A stretch of DNA of 63,656 nt, counting the filler, from Sphacelaria rigidula (Eukaryota): NCBI GenBank assembly GCA_964200075.2. It is 11 parts of 11 records of this genome, joined end to end, with 100 filler letters (N's around TTAATTAATTAA, not from the genome) between each part and the next. Parts side by side here need not be neighbours in the genome. Positions count along the whole stretch, not along the records: positions 57,962 to 63,656 come from CAXNAA020025183.1; 10 more parts are not named here. One strand, given 5' to 3'. Below, in pieces: positions 61,873 to 63,656 of the stretch. The position numbers were made by a program, and so were the translations under genes. Each line of letters begins with the position of its first letter. Positions within the stretch are counted from its first letter, which is position 1. A model generated the notes under the pieces. That model worked only from the letters and a program-made list of their open reading frames with translations, was not told the origin of the DNA and did no database searches.

Positions 61873-63656
61873 CTGCACAGCGGCGAGCAACGACGGCGTC
61901 AGGGCGCGAATGTCAGTATCCTCGGGGGTTGTTGGCTACGAGGAATGCCGTAACAACTTCTCTGTTACTCTCGGTCGGGATACGAAAAGGCCTCCCGAGC
62001 AGATTTCTCGGAAAAGAAAGCAAGTCATCGCCGGCGGTGTCTGGCTCACGAATGCCGTGTGTGCGTGCACATCGCGTGGGAGAGCAGGGACTCACCGGCT
62101 CCGATTGTCAGGGGAGACAGGAAGAATTCCATGAATTACTCTTCCACGAGTACTGCCATAACGTTTTGGCGCTCCGCGTATCCCCTGCCACGTGGCGATC
62201 GCCAACAACCACGAGCAGAAGTCATATGCACCACTGAAGCAACATGAATGGATATTCAGGAAATCAGTTACTCACGTGCTTATTACTACGTCCCGGCTCA
62301 TGACAGAAACCCTCGAAGGACGATAAATAACTCTATATGCCTTGACACCTCCTGCGGTCTCGGAAGAGACAAATCTCCGAATACCGTCTTTGCAGCAAAA
62401 CGGTCGTGAGAAAGCACATTGGAACATTCGTCATACTTCATACAGGATATTTGCACCAAAACGCAGCATATTCCGGACAGGATAGGCCGACTTCTGGCAG
62501 GAAAGGGAGGAGGGCGCAGAAAAGAATGAGAGGGCGCACGTTGAACACGGCTAAGACATAAACAAAGGGATAAATAAAACAAATAAATAGACATGTCGAC
62601 ACAAGGCCTATCGGCCGCGCCGTAGAAGCATACATACACTCGTTATTGTAGTCTGCGCACACACGCACACTTGAAGATGCATTTACACACATGTACTGTC
62701 CGGTTCCAGCTCCAACAACTTCGTGTGTCGCTGTCAACGTGGCAGCCAAGGACGATCACAGCCGTATCAGAAGCGGGGATGTGCGGTGTTAATGAGGGGG
62801 GGGTACTACCATGAGTAGCGGCAGACATGAGGGCGTCCACGTGATTTCATTTTCGAGGTATCGACGGTGAGGGGCGCGTGTTTGCTATAACTAGTGATGT
62901 CCTCGGTCATCCAATGAGGACGAGCTATCGCCACCTGGTTCTTGCAGTTTGGACTGCTTGATCAGAGTGGTGTTCCGATAGGGGTAGCACTTTCGGGGCC
63001 GGATCCCGCCTGGTTCAGGGGTTCTTGAAGATCCTAGATGCTCAAGAATATGGTTCTGGGCACCCCCGTTTGCAAATTCATTTGGGATATCCCTAGCACA
63101 TCCATTTCAAAACTCGTGTTGAGGACGACATAAAGGGCTCCTAAAAACGTCTAATCTGATACCGTGTTTGTACACCCCTATAGCGGCATCACTTATCACA
63201 TTGTGGGGAGGAACGTTTTCTTTACTGAGCAAAGGAGAATCGCATCCAACGGCATGTAGTGGCTGATACTCAAGATATGTACGTTCCTGTGGATGAATCG
63301 TGTTGTGGCCCGCGGTGTAGGTGCAAGCCCGAAACACTACATGCATATGTCAACCGCACCGCCGAAAAGTATCTGCGGGTGTAGAAAACGCAAAATACTG
63401 TGTGGTGTCCTTGTGTTTCTCGAGATGAGGGGCAGAGAATGAAGGTAGAAGGAATCGTCCAATTCTAGGGGCCGAAGAAAAGCGAGGGGAAATTTGAAGC
63501 GAGGGGGGGCGCAGACAATGACAGAATGGTGTAGACCACACGTATAGGACCTGAAGATATGCAGGGAAACACCATCGCATAGGACTGAAATACAAAGGGG
63601 GATGTACTCATGATCATGCATGCCATACTCACTAAACCATTGACCTCGCATCCCTA

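Overview
This is eukaryotic, intron-rich and repeat-rich DNA, most likely from a brown alga or related stramenopile. The organism call is an inference from TTAGGG-type repeats, GT-AG introns, RTE LINE and Gypsy types I recall from brown algae, and flagellar central-pair genes. The window is not one locus. It is 11 unrelated contigs of 5697, 5697, 7x5696, 5695 and 5695 bp, sorted by size and joined by ten artificial 100-nt N44-TTAATTAATTAA-N44 spacers, so nothing links features across spacers. Most entries in the ORF track are spurious. Manual splicing recovers these gene pieces: the last two exons of HYDIN, four exons of a DLEC1/CFAP81-like ASH-domain gene, four exons encoding a ZZEF1/HECTD4-type CUB-like domain, coiled-coil and uncharacterised exons, and an intronless decayed ubiquitin-specific protease. 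Mobile DNA dominates: a degenerate Ty3/Gypsy element, an RTE LINE remnant, a spliced Sola-type (DUF7869-like) DDD transposase with one visible frameshift, tRNA-derived SINEs, many MITEs and foldbacks (several nested), a G/C-tract-bounded modular repeat family and interstitial telomeric repeats. No CRISPR array, rRNA gene, genuine tRNA gene or prokaryotic system was seen. All family assignments come from recalled motifs, not database searches.
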